From an uncultured Deinococcales bacterium (GTDB lineage Bacteria; Deinococcota; Deinococci; Deinococcales; JAAFIG01), in assembly GCA_964247135.1 (NCBI GenBank), contig CAXTTL010000116.1:1-15399 (forward strand): a DNA stretch of 15,399 nucleotides, written 5' to 3'. Shown one piece after another: positions 1 through 8,463 of this stretch. Position 1 is the first letter of the stretch, and the number at the start of each line of letters is the position of its first letter. The notes below the pieces were generated by a model. That model was not told where the DNA came from and made no database searches. It saw nothing but the letters and a program-made list of their open reading frames with translations. Both the position numbers and the translations under genes were made by a program.

Positions 1-2
1 GG

Positions 3-449
3 ATTGCCAGCAAACACAAAGGCGTGGTGTTAAACATTGCCACGACCTACGCCCAGTCTGGGTCGGGATACGTTGTGCCAAGCGCCGTTTCCAAAGCGGG
101 CGTGGTCGCCATGACCAAATCTTTAGCCGCAGAATGGGGCAAGTACGGCATTCGCCTGAACGCCATCGCGCCAGGACCGTTCCCAACCGAAGGCGCAATG
201 TCACGATTGATGCCGACACCAGAAATTGAAAAACTCTTCACAGATCGCATTCCCCTGCGACGGACCGGCGAGCACCTCGAGCTTTCCAACCTTGCCTCGT
301 ACCTCTTAAGCGATTTTGCGGGTTACATCACAGGCGATGTAATCACGATTGACGGCGGCGAAACCGCCTGGGGCGGCGGCGAGTTTAACGTGCTGGATGC
401 CGTGACAACCGAACAATGGGACATGCTCGAGGCAATGCGCAAAAAGTAA
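3..449 (+). CDS. SDR family oxidoreductase, 2,4-dienoyl-CoA reductase-like (5' end outside the window)
   Basis: The frame is open from the window edge (IASKHKGVVLNI...). SDR C-terminal motifs are present: SAVSKAGV, KSLAAEWGKYGIRLNAIAPGP, YITGDVITIDGG. The SxxxK without the usual Tyr is typical of DECR-like SDRs. Confidence 0.85.
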   Translation: MASKHKGVVLNIATTYAQSGSGYVVPSAVSKAGVVAMTKSLAAEWGKYGIRLNAIAPGPFPTEGAMSRLMPTPEIEKLFTDRIPLRRTGEHLELSNLASYLLSDFAGYITGDVITIDGGETAWGGGEFNVLDAVTTEQWDMLEAMRKK

Positions 450-458
450 AACTCGAGA

Positions 459-487
459 TTGATGCTCAGACATAAGTAGAGTAAATT
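459..487 (+). promoter_or_regulatory. Putative sigma-70 promoter, probably leaderless, for the 493-768/lysZ unit
   Basis: TTGATG (459-464), 17-bp spacer, TAAATT (482-487), then 5 nt to ATG 493. No Shine-Dalgarno sequence. Confidence 0.55.
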
Positions 488-492
488 GAATC

Positions 493-768
493 ATGACCAT
501 GATGATTCCAGCTTCAGATCAAGCAATGAAAATTTTAGACTCTTATCGGCGTTCACGACGTGTTTCTCGAGAACAAGCACTCGAGGAATTGTTAACTCGC
601 GCTGAAGAAACCATGTCTTTTGAAGCACAGGTTGAGAAAGTAAAAAGTCGGAATAAGGGTTTTAGCGGCTCAGAAATTCTCAAAGCAACTCAAAACGCCG
701 TTCAAGAAGTCAGAATTCCAAAAAGAGATTTGATTCTCGAGCATAAATTGTTAGAATCCAAAACGTGA
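493..768 (+). CDS. Small hypothetical protein, ribbon-helix-helix/CopG antitoxin-like
   Basis: AT-rich 91-aa ORF. An N-terminal strand plus two helices (SREQALEELL) and a C-terminal EILKATQNAVQEVR resemble RHH antitoxins. The stop overlaps the lysZ start (GTGA). Confidence 0.5.
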   Translation: MTMMIPASDQAMKILDSYRRSRRVSREQALEELLTRAEETMSFEAQVEKVKSRNKGFSGSEILKATQNAVQEVRIPKRDLILEHKLLESKT

Positions 769-1568
769 TTATTGTTAAAGTTGGCGGTTCGGACGGAATC
801 AATTACGACGCGGTTTGCAACGACATTGCAGACTTGTGGCTTTCGGGGCAGAAACTCATTTTGGTACATGGTGGCTCGAGCGAAACCAACCGCATTGCGG
901 AACTTTTGGGGCATCCGCCAAAGTTTGTCACCTCGCCTTCGGGGTACACGAGCCGTTTTACCGACCGTCAGACGCTCGAGATTTTTGAGATGGTCTACTG
1001 CGGCAAAATGAACAAAGGGCTGGTCGAACGCCTGCAAAAACGTGGTGTCAATGCCGTGGGTTTGTCGGGTTTGGATGGCAGGATTTTCGAGGGCAAGCAC
1101 AAGGATTCGGTGCGTGCGGTTGAAGATGGCAAGACCAAAATATTGCGTGGCGATCACACGGGAACAGTCGAAAAAGTCAACACGCATCTTTTAAACTTGT
1201 TGCTCGAAAACAATTATTTGCCTGTGCTCACCCCTCCTGGCTCGAGCTTTGAGGGCGTGGCGGTCAATGTGGACGGCGACCGGGCTTCGGCGGCGGTGGC
1301 GGTGGCAATGAAAGCCGAAGCGTTGTTGCTGCTTTCAAACGTGCCAGGGCTGCTGCGCAATTTCCCAGACGAATCGAGTTTAATTACGCAAATTCCGGCG
1401 CTCGATGTCGAGTCGTACCTCGAGTTTGCCCAAGACCGCATGAAGAAAAAAGTTCTTGGCGCAGCCGAAGCGGTGCAAGGTGGTTGTGGTCGTGTGATTT
1501 TTGGTGATGCGAGGCTCGAGAAACCAGTTACGGAAGCATTGGCAGGCAAAGGCACAGTCGTTTCCTAA
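765..1568 (+). CDS. lysZ: [LysW]-aminoadipate kinase (amino acid kinase family, ArgB-like)
   Basis: IIVKVGGS, LVHGGSSETN, HPPKFVTSPSGYTSRFTD, NVDGDRA and MKKKVLGA match Thermus/Deinococcus LysZ. Confidence 0.92.
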   Translation: MIIVKVGGSDGINYDAVCNDIADLWLSGQKLILVHGGSSETNRIAELLGHPPKFVTSPSGYTSRFTDRQTLEIFEMVYCGKMNKGLVERLQKRGVNAVGLSGLDGRIFEGKHKDSVRAVEDGKTKILRGDHTGTVEKVNTHLLNLLLENNYLPVLTPPGSSFEGVAVNVDGDRASAAVAVAMKAEALLLLSNVPGLLRNFPDESSLITQIPALDVESYLEFAQDRMKKKVLGAAEAVQGGCGRVIFGDARLEKPVTEALAGKGTVVS

Positions 1569-1616
1569 GCCGTTACGCAGATGCCCAAGTAACGCGAAAC
1601 GCATTAAGCTCGGGGC

Positions 1617-2507
1617 ATGAATTTTACAAGTCGAGATTTTGTCGGGATTGAAGACCTGCCGATCATCACCGCGTTTTTGGATGAGGCTCGAGAAATTGTT
1701 GGGCATGACCAGGGGATTTTTTTGCACGCTGGCGATGTCTGGTGGCGTTACGGGCAGAACGAACCTGAACTCCATTCTTTTCGCTTGTGGTTTCAAAACG
1801 AGAAGCTGATCGCTTTGGGTTGGGTCATGTTTAAATCTGACCTCGAGATTCAATTGCATCCCAATCTCGAGGAAGCCGTTTACGATACGGTGGCGCTCGA
1901 GATTGTGGATTGGGCGAAAACGGTTTGCACAGGCGTAATCTCTTCGGATAACGCCACCGAAAACACCAAACTGATTCATTTTTTCGAGTCATTTGGTTTT
2001 GAGACAGAGGGTGACAAAGGCTTCATGTTTGCCAAGGACCTGAGCGAATCCATTCCCGATCTCGAGCTTGCCTCAGGATTTCAGGCAAGGCATGTGCTCG
2101 ACTCAGAATTTGAGGAGCGGATCAATGTTCACCGTGATGCTTTTGATCCGTCTAAATTTACGTTGGTGCGTTACGCTCGGGTTCGTTCGATGCCAGGGTA
2201 CAACCCAGAGCTTGACTTGGTGGTTTCAACGCCAGAAAACGAATTTGCCTCCTTTTGCCTGATTTGGCTATCAGGCGGTGTGGGCTATTTTGAGCCTGTG
2301 GGAACTCGAGCGGCTTTCCGCAGGCAGGGGTTGGGTCGCGCGGTGATCCTCGAGGGTTTCAGACGATTACAGGCGCTAGGAGCGTACACGGCAATGGTGT
2401 ATTCGGGAACGAACAACCGCGAATTTTACGAATCGTGTGGTTTTGGGGTGGTGAACCGATTTGTGGGTTATTCCCTGAAACTCGAACGCACCATACTCGA
2501 GCCTTAA
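1617..2507 (+). CDS. GNAT family N-acetyltransferase (two-domain)
   Basis: C-terminal acetyl-CoA motif FEPVGTRAAFRRQGLGRA and FYESCGF. TAAGCT-N6-ATG upstream. Confidence 0.85.
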   Translation: MNFTSRDFVGIEDLPIITAFLDEAREIVGHDQGIFLHAGDVWWRYGQNEPELHSFRLWFQNEKLIALGWVMFKSDLEIQLHPNLEEAVYDTVALEIVDWAKTVCTGVISSDNATENTKLIHFFESFGFETEGDKGFMFAKDLSESIPDLELASGFQARHVLDSEFEERINVHRDAFDPSKFTLVRYARVRSMPGYNPELDLVVSTPENEFASFCLIWLSGGVGYFEPVGTRAAFRRQGLGRAVILEGFRRLQALGAYTAMVYSGTNNREFYESCGFGVVNRFVGYSLKLERTILEP

Positions 2508-2587
2508 AGTTAAACCAATTCAACTGCACAGCATCGTTCCAAAGCCCCTGGGTTCGTGATAATCTCGAGCATCCCAGGAGGTCATTC

Positions 2588-3430
2588 ATGTCTATTGCTG
2601 TGCTCACCGATTCAACTGCTGATATGACACCCGCCATGCAAGAGGCGCTCGGTGTCACCGTTGTGCCCTTGTACGTCAACTTTCAAAACCGTGTTTTAAA
2701 GGACAACCTCGAGATCAAAACCGACGAGGTTTTTGCGGGCATCAAAGCGGGTGCGGCAATGCCCAGCACCAGCCAGCCCACGCCCGCAGATTTTATGTCT
2801 GCTTACGAGAAACTCCTTCAAACACACGAAAAAGTGCTGAGCATTCACATCTCGAGCAAACTTTCTGGAACGGTCGCCAGCGCATCGCTTGCCGCCAAGG
2901 ATTTTGCAGGGCGGGTGGTGACCTTTGATTCTGAAGTCTCGAGCGGCAGCCAAAGCATGATGTGCGAACGGGCGGTCAGGCTCTTGAAGGCTGGCTCGAG
3001 TATCGAAGAGGTAGTGACCGTGCTCGAGCGGGTACGAAAAGTCACGAATTTGCGCTTTAGTGTCGGTTCGCTCGATTTTTTGAAGAAAAACGGTCGGATT
3101 GGCGGCGCTCAGGCTTTGATTGGTGGGTTGTTGAACATCAAACCTATTCTGCATTTGGTGGGCGGTAAAGTTGAGGCTGCCGGTCGGGTTCGTGGCTCCA
3201 AAGCGGCGCTCGAGGATGTGGTCAGCAATTTACGCGCCCTCCAAGCCAAACATGGTCGCGTCAGAACAGCCTACATTTACACCGACAAACAAGACGATGT
3301 CGAACCGCTCCGTGCCGCAGGAAAAGAAATGGGCGTCGAAGAGTTCAGCGTCACGCAAACGGGAACGGTCATTGCCAGCCACGTCGGACCTGGAACGTAT
3401 GGTGCACTCAGTGAACCCGTGGATGTCTGA
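2588..3430 (+). CDS. DegV family fatty-acid-binding protein (FakB-like)
   Basis: IAVLTDSTAD, STSQPTP, SIHISSKLSGT, LKKNGRIG, IKPIL and SHVGPG motifs. Start set at ATG 2588 after the AGGAGG SD rather than the ORF-track start at 2435. Confidence 0.92.
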   Translation: MSIAVLTDSTADMTPAMQEALGVTVVPLYVNFQNRVLKDNLEIKTDEVFAGIKAGAAMPSTSQPTPADFMSAYEKLLQTHEKVLSIHISSKLSGTVASASLAAKDFAGRVVTFDSEVSSGSQSMMCERAVRLLKAGSSIEEVVTVLERVRKVTNLRFSVGSLDFLKKNGRIGGAQALIGGLLNIKPILHLVGGKVEAAGRVRGSKAALEDVVSNLRALQAKHGRVRTAYIYTDKQDDVEPLRAAGKEMGVEEFSVTQTGTVIASHVGPGTYGALSEPVDV

Positions 3431-3773
3431 TCTCGAGGCATTGGTTTTTGAAGCCAATTTTGACCCTTGGGAATCGGTTTCAAGTATTCTCGAGCATTCC
3501 GGTGAACGTGCCGAACGCTTGAGGGCGCATATTCTCGAGACAAAATTGAAGTATTGGAATTTGATTTGCGGCACTTTAAACCTCGAGCCACCACCGGCGA
3601 CCTTGCTCGAGTTGATGCACTTTGAATGCAGGGTGACGGGTTTATTGAGCCTCGAGCAACGGATGGTAAAGCTCGAGTATTCTGGGCGGGAGTTAAGTGT
3701 TGCAGCTTTGATTCGGCTCTCGGCACGTCACAGCGTCTGGCACGCGGGTCAAATTGCACTGAGCAGATTTTAG
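3423..3773 (+). CDS. Short DinB/YfiT-like four-helix protein
   Basis: ATG 3423 overlaps the DegV end. N-terminal DPWES, HILETK..YW and C-terminal RHSVWHAGQI (HxxxHxGQI metal motif). 116 aa. Confidence 0.7.
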   Translation: MSDLEALVFEANFDPWESVSSILEHSGERAERLRAHILETKLKYWNLICGTLNLEPPPATLLELMHFECRVTGLLSLEQRMVKLEYSGRELSVAALIRLSARHSVWHAGQIALSRF

Positions 3774-3809
3774 GACACACGCCCTCTAAAAGCGTCGTAA
3801 AGTGCTGCT

Positions 3810-4349
3810 GTGATCGCTCGAGTCTTACTGACCCTTTTGTTTTTGCTTGCGCCGCTTTCTGTCGCGCAAGAAACCAATATTCCCGCCAAAATAACGCGTC
3901 AAGCCATCGTCAATTTTGATTATGACCCCGACGGTGGCAACATCGTCTTGCAGGTGCTTGATGCCAAAGGAACAGGAAAGTTTGCGGTCGATAAACTTGA
4001 AACCCGAGCCATCGGTGACGAGGGCGAAAACGGACGCACCATTCCTGCCAACCTCGCTCGCGTCAGTCCCTCGAGCTTCAAGGGCGAAATGGCGCTGAAT
4101 GAAGGGCAGTGGAACGTTCAGGTCAAACTCGAGGTTGGCAACCAGAAACTCGAGGGCAGTTACTTTTTGAACGTTGGCAAGTCTTCAAGCTCTGGCGTGA
4201 TTCCAATGGTTCCGCCCAACCCTGAAGTCGGCAGGATGGGACAGCTTGTCGGTTTGATGATCGGCGTTCCGATGGTTTTGGCATTGCTGGCGTTTTTTGT
4301 TGGAATCATTGCCAAGAATCGGGCGCAAGCTCGAGCCGAAGCGCTTTAA
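3810..4349 (+). CDS. Exported hypothetical protein with beta-rich domain and C-terminal TM anchor
   Basis: Signal peptide (LLTLLFLLAPLSVA-Q), beta-rich core with GQWNVQVKL (YtkA/FixH-like impression only), and a hydrophobic C-terminal helix followed by KNR. TAAAGT-N6-GTG upstream. Confidence 0.7.
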   Translation: MIARVLLTLLFLLAPLSVAQETNIPAKITRQAIVNFDYDPDGGNIVLQVLDAKGTGKFAVDKLETRAIGDEGENGRTIPANLARVSPSSFKGEMALNEGQWNVQVKLEVGNQKLEGSYFLNVGKSSSSGVIPMVPPNPEVGRMGQLVGLMIGVPMVLALLAFFVGIIAKNRAQARAEAL

Positions 4350-5677
4350 GGTGTAAAACAGACGGGTTGGCAGGCTGTGGATATCGCTCGGGACTCGAGG
4401 TCAAAACCAATCTCGAAAGACCGCAGCCACGGAAAGTAGGCGTCAACCAGGTTAAACCGAGTTGCCCCGAGCCGAAACGATTGCAATTGCGTTTGCAAAC
4501 CAGCCAGCAACTTTTGGCGCAAAAAGTCATTCGCAAAATTTTCCTCAAGTTGCCCCTGACGCAATTTTGGGCGCAGCAAACTCGAGTACAAATAATCGTT
4601 GACATAACCTCGAGCGAGCATGACTTTGGAGGCATCGGACGCGCCGTAAACCGCAAACATCGTTGCCTGAGCCAACGCGCTGCCGATGTTGTTGCCTGGC
4701 GTTCCCCAGGCGGCAAATCCTGCCAGATCGGCAAAACCGCCGGACGCCAGCAGGTCTTGAATCAATTTGGGGTTGGCTTGATTGACCGCGCCCACATCGG
4801 CGAGCGCCACCAGACCGCGACGTTGATCGGCATTGATCTCGAGTGCCGCACGACGCGGGTCGCCACCGTTAAAAACGTACAACTCAAGATTTGCTGCATC
4901 ACTCAACTCAAATCCGATGGCTTGGGCTTGATCGTGAACGCTTTGCACCAAAGTTTGACCTTCGTAGGCAGCAAACTGATTTTCGGCAGAGGCTGGATCG
5001 CTAAACTTGACCCGAAGTTTGGGGCGCAATTTCTGACGCTCGAGCATCAAACTGGCGGTTAAAGCACTGGCAACCTCATCTGCGCCAGGATGGACAAAAA
5101 CATTCTTCAACCCTCGAGCCTCGACCTCGTTGCGAATTGTTGCGCCCTCGAGTGGGGCGGGCGAACCTGGCAGCGCGTCGTCCCAGGTGACAAACAAACG
5201 CTGCAAGGTACCGTCCGCCGCCCAATCGAGCGAGCGTCGAATCACCTCGAGGTTGCGCTCACGATCCACGGCATCTGGCGCTCGAGGAATGACCACAAAG
5301 CCGTACACTGGACTCGACAGATGCCAAAACCACGCCGACCAGAGGTTGTCCCAGGCGACATCGGCGCCGATTTGACTGCTGCGAGATTGCACCAAACCGC
5401 CGTAAGCCAGAGCGTCCAAGGACACGATCACCGCCGAAGGTTGAAGCTCGTCAATCCAGGTGCGAATGGCTTGCGCATCGGCTGGCTTGGATGACGTACC
5501 GAGCATCTCGAGTGGCGGTGTGCGCATCTCGAGCTTGCCCATTGCGGCGATACCGACGGGAAGACTCGAGTTTGCGGGGCGCGAATCGAGCGGGATCAAG
5601 GCTATCGGATTCGAGAATGCAGTTTGAGCGAAGGCAACACACGAGAGAATAAAGAACAAGACGAAAATAATGCGCAC
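4346..5677 (-). CDS. DUF4127 family protein with signal peptide
   Basis: IPLDSRPAN, SLDALAYGGLVQSR, PGADEV and AAWGTPGNNIGSALAQ motifs, plus an N-terminal signal peptide. The stop shares TTAA (4346-4349) with the convergent gene. Confidence 0.8.
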   Translation of the reverse strand: MRIIFVLFFILSCVAFAQTAFSNPIALIPLDSRPANSSLPVGIAAMGKLEMRTPPLEMLGTSSKPADAQAIRTWIDELQPSAVIVSLDALAYGGLVQSRSSQIGADVAWDNLWSAWFWHLSSPVYGFVVIPRAPDAVDRERNLEVIRRSLDWAADGTLQRLFVTWDDALPGSPAPLEGATIRNEVEARGLKNVFVHPGADEVASALTASLMLERQKLRPKLRVKFSDPASAENQFAAYEGQTLVQSVHDQAQAIGFELSDAANLELYVFNGGDPRRAALEINADQRRGLVALADVGAVNQANPKLIQDLLASGGFADLAGFAAWGTPGNNIGSALAQATMFAVYGASDASKVMLARGYVNDYLYSSLLRPKLRQGQLEENFANDFLRQKLLAGLQTQLQSFRLGATRFNLVDAYFPWLRSFEIGFDLESRAISTACQPVCFTP

Positions 5678-5713
5678 ACCTTATTTTTGACAATGCAACA
5701 TGAGAATCCAAGT

Positions 5714-5760
5714 TTGACTTATCACTTGAGTATCAATTAGTATTCAGACCGAACGGTTTG
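5714..5760 (+). promoter_or_regulatory. Promoter and TetR operator of the tetR operon
   Basis: TTGACT (5714-5719), 18-bp spacer, TAGTAT (5738-5743), followed by the dyad CAGACCG-AA-CGGTTTG (5745-5760) across the predicted transcription start. Confidence 0.65.
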
Positions 5761-5763
5761 AAA

Positions 5764-6366
5764 ATGAAAAAAGGCGAACGCACCCGCGACCATATTCTGG
5801 CACAATCGGCAGCCGTGTTTAACCAACACGGTTACGCCGCCACCAGCATGTCGGACTTGATGCTGGCGACCAAACTCGAGAAGGGCGGGATTTACAACCA
5901 TTTTGCCAGCAAAGAACAACTTTCGCTGGAGGCATTCGATTATGCGGTGGCGCTGATCGAGCACCGTTACGAGGCGGCGCTCGAGAAACGCAATACCACC
6001 ATAGATCGACTGAGCGCCGTGATGGAGGTGTTCCTCGAGTTTATTCACGATCCTGTTTTGCCTGGGGGTTGTCCGGTCTTGAACGCGGCAATCGAAAGCG
6101 ACGACTCGAATGAGAACCTGCGCCAGCGAACAAAACTGGTCTTGACTGGTTGGAGAACCCGCATTCAAGGCATCATCGAAATGGGCATTGCAAGGGGCGA
6201 ATTGCAGGCTGGGACGGATGCCTCCAAACTGGCGACGGTCATGCTGGCGACGCTCGAGGGTGCGGTCATGATGTCAAAAGTTTGTCGTGACGCGACGCAC
6301 ATGCGCATGGCGGCAAGTTTTCTCGAGGATCATTTAAGGACACTGCTCGTCAGGGAGGTCGTCTAA
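5764..6366 (+). CDS. TetR/AcrR family transcriptional regulator (LmrA/YxaF/NemR-like)
   Basis: HTH region GYAATSMSDLM...KGGIYNHFASKEQL and C-terminal GGCPVLN and LEGAVMM motifs. Confidence 0.93.
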   Translation: MKKGERTRDHILAQSAAVFNQHGYAATSMSDLMLATKLEKGGIYNHFASKEQLSLEAFDYAVALIEHRYEAALEKRNTTIDRLSAVMEVFLEFIHDPVLPGGCPVLNAAIESDDSNENLRQRTKLVLTGWRTRIQGIIEMGIARGELQAGTDASKLATVMLATLEGAVMMSKVCRDATHMRMAASFLEDHLRTLLVREVV

Positions 6367-6367
6367 T

Positions 6368-6840
6368 ATGTACGCAAACATCGTGGCGGGCAATGTCAGG
6401 TCGTCGTGGCGGCAATTGAATCAGCGCAATCACTCGGGTTTGATCGCCCAATTTTCGCCCAATTTTAGGTACGAGTTCTTTGGGATTCATGCGCTCGGCG
6501 GCGTTCGCAGGAGCAAAAAAGCGATGGAGGAGTTTTTTACTCGGGTTTTCAACATTTTCCCAAATGCGCAGTTTGAAGTCAGTAACATTCTGGTCAAAGG
6601 AATGCCCTGGGACACAACGGTTGTGGCTTTGGTTAAGATCAATGCAATGCTCGAGAATGGGCAACCCTATCAAAATCAAATCAGCATCAAAATCAAATCA
6701 GCCAAACCATTCGCATTCGTTGGGGGCAAATCGTCGAGATTTTAACGCTCGAGGACACGCAAAAATTGGTGCAAGCATTGCAAATTCAACTTGAGGCTGG
6801 GATTCTTGAAGCTGGTGCGGCGCCAATTGCGGACGAATAA
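6368..6840 (+). pseudogene. SnoaL/NTF2-like protein frameshifted by a 17-bp tandem duplication
   Basis: The N-terminus reads FFGIHALGGVR...VKGMPWDT. ATCAAAATCAAATCAGC is duplicated at 6669-6702. Removing one copy gives a 151-aa ORF ending ...ISQTIRIRWGQIVEILTLEDTQKLVQALQIQLEAGILEAGAAPIADE* at TAA 6838-6840. Confidence 0.85.
6669..6702 (+). repeat. Perfect 17-bp tandem duplication
   Basis: ATCAAAATCAAATCAGC at 6669-6685 and again at 6686-6702. Confidence 0.95.
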
Positions 6841-6854
6841 AACCGAATGGTCTG
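6839..6854. promoter_or_regulatory. Second TetR-type operator-like dyad
   Basis: AAAACCG-AA-TGGTCTG resembles the 5745-5760 box and lies just upstream of the paaI-like RBS. Confidence 0.5.
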
Positions 6855-6866
6855 AAAAAGGAAACC

Positions 6867-7373
6867 ATGAGCGAAGACACAACGACACGAACTTACACTT
6901 ATGACGCAAGGCGCATGAACCTGCGTGACATGGCAACGCATTCTGGACTCGAGTACCTAAAAAAAGTCTTTTCAGGCGAAATCGCAGGATCGCCCATCGC
7001 CAGCACGCTGGATTTTTATCCGGTCGAACTCGAGTCTGGGCGCGTGGTCTTTGAGGGTGAACCCAAGCAGTTTGTCTTTAACCCGATTGGCAGCGTTCAC
7101 GGCGGTTATGCGGCAGCCTTATTGGACACCGTTTTGGGTTGCAGCATTCAAACCATGCTCGAGGCTGGGCAGGGCTATACCACCGTCGAATTGAAAGTCA
7201 ATTATGTTCGTGCCATGACCGATAAAACGGGTTTTGTTCGCGCCGAGGGCAAGATTATACATGTGGGTAAAAGCCTGGCAACCGCCGAGGCGAAACTGTA
7301 CGGGCGCGACGACGGCAAACTCTACGCACACGGCTCGACCACCTGTTTTGTCTTTCCTTTGGGCAAAGCATGA
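6867..7373 (+). CDS. PaaI family thioesterase (hotdog fold)
   Basis: NPIGSVHGGYAAALLDTVLGC, TTVELKVNYVR and LYAHGSTTC motifs. AAGGA upstream. Confidence 0.92.
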   Translation: MSEDTTTRTYTYDARRMNLRDMATHSGLEYLKKVFSGEIAGSPIASTLDFYPVELESGRVVFEGEPKQFVFNPIGSVHGGYAAALLDTVLGCSIQTMLEAGQGYTTVELKVNYVRAMTDKTGFVRAEGKIIHVGKSLATAEAKLYGRDDGKLYAHGSTTCFVFPLGKA

Positions 7374-8068
7374 ACCTCGAGTTGCTGGACAACCCGATTT
7401 GGTTTGCACTCTCGACCAATCAACAACAATTTGCCTTTCACAATTCGCACGCCAAGCTGATCGACCCCGATTTTGGTCCTTTTGGCGCGATTCAAACACC
7501 GTCTGCCGAAAGTTTTGAAGCGCTCAGGCAACTTCTGATCTCGAACCAGGCAACGACCGCTTGGTTTACGCCGCTTCAACTCGAGATTCCCGCAGGGCTT
7601 GAATGCCTGACCAGGCTCTCGGTGAGGCAAATGATTTGTCAACAGCTCGAGCCGACAAAAGACCTCGAGATCGACGAATTGAGCGCCACAGATGTGCCCG
7701 CCATGCTCGAGTTGGTGCAATTGACCAAACCAGGTCCGTTTGGGAAACGCAGCATTGAACTCGGACAATTTTGGGGCATTCGCGTCAAGCAAAAATTGGT
7801 CGCCATGACCGGCGAGCGGATGCACCTGCCAGGCTTCAGGGAGGTCAGCGCGGTCTGTACCCACCCAGATTTTCGCGGTCAGGGTTTCGCTCGGGCTTTG
7901 ATCGCCAAAGTTTGCCAGAACATTGTGGCTCGGGGGGAAATACCGTTCTTGCATGTCATGAAAGAAAACGCCAAAGCGGCACAGGTTTACGAACAATTGG
8001 GCTTTGTGGAGCGTCAACAATTTCACGGCTACGTGCTGCGAGCCAGATCGTCGGAGGTCAAAACATGA
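7370..8068 (+). CDS. GNAT family N-acetyltransferase (FR47-like)
   Basis: LDNPIW, TKPGPF, VAMTGER, EVSAVCTHPDFRGQGFA and YEQLGF motifs. ATGA overlap with the upstream gene. Confidence 0.9.
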   Translation: MNLELLDNPIWFALSTNQQQFAFHNSHAKLIDPDFGPFGAIQTPSAESFEALRQLLISNQATTAWFTPLQLEIPAGLECLTRLSVRQMICQQLEPTKDLEIDELSATDVPAMLELVQLTKPGPFGKRSIELGQFWGIRVKQKLVAMTGERMHLPGFREVSAVCTHPDFRGQGFARALIAKVCQNIVARGEIPFLHVMKENAKAAQVYEQLGFVERQQFHGYVLRARSSEVKT

Positions 8069-8463
8069 TGCAAATGATGACGGAAAACGAAACCCTGATC
8101 AAAACACTCGAGATCGAGGTGCTCGAGGCGAGTTCTGAAAAAGTCGTGGCGACCATGCCCGTACAACCCAAAGTCCATCAACCTTTTGGTTTGCTGCACG
8201 GCGGCGCAAGTGTTGCCCTGGCTGAAACCGTTGCCAGCGTCGGCGCATTTCTGAGTGTCGCCGATCAAGGCATGTTGGCGGTTGGACTTGAAATCAATGC
8301 CAACCATTTGCGCGGCGTGCGCGACGGCATCGTGACCGCCACCGCGACACCGATTCACAAGGGACGCACCACCCAGGTTTGGCAAGTCGAGATCAAAGAC
8401 GCGAACGGCAAGATGGTCTGCGTCTCGAGGTGCACGCTGGCGATTGTTCCAGGGTCAAAATGA
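8065..8463 (+). CDS. Hotdog-fold thioesterase, MenI/YdiI (1,4-dihydroxy-2-naphthoyl-CoA hydrolase)-like
   Basis: HQPFGLLHGGASVALAET, GLEINANH and HKGRTTQVW motifs. GGAGG at 8053-8057 and an ATGA overlap support the start at 8065. Confidence 0.9.
   Translation: MMQMMTENETLIKTLEIEVLEASSEKVVATMPVQPKVHQPFGLLHGGASVALAETVASVGAFLSVADQGMLAVGLEINANHLRGVRDGIVTATATPIHKGRTTQVWQVEIKDANGKMVCVSRCTLAIVPGSK

Noticed and set aside
1571-1594. Inverted repeat CGTTAC...GTAACG after the lysZ stop as a terminator
   Set aside because: Only a 6-bp stem with a 12-nt loop and no U-tract.
2435-2587. N-terminal extensions in the ORF track (2435, 3171, 7771, 8379, 10428)
   Set aside because: They overlap upstream genes. 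SD sequences, ATGA coupling and family N-termini point to starts at 2588, 3423, 8065, 8460 and 10509.
4367-5494. Long plus-strand ORFs (231 aa and 134 aa) opposite DUF4127, and similar antisense ORFs such as 1380-1979, 7322-8026 and 12927-13487
   Set aside because: These are shadow frames of well-supported genes, with no recognisable motifs or start signals.
7712-8106. Longest CTCGAG-free gap (about 395 bp) as a marker of foreign DNA
   Set aside because: With mean spacing near 115 bp and about 133 sites, gaps of this size are expected by chance.
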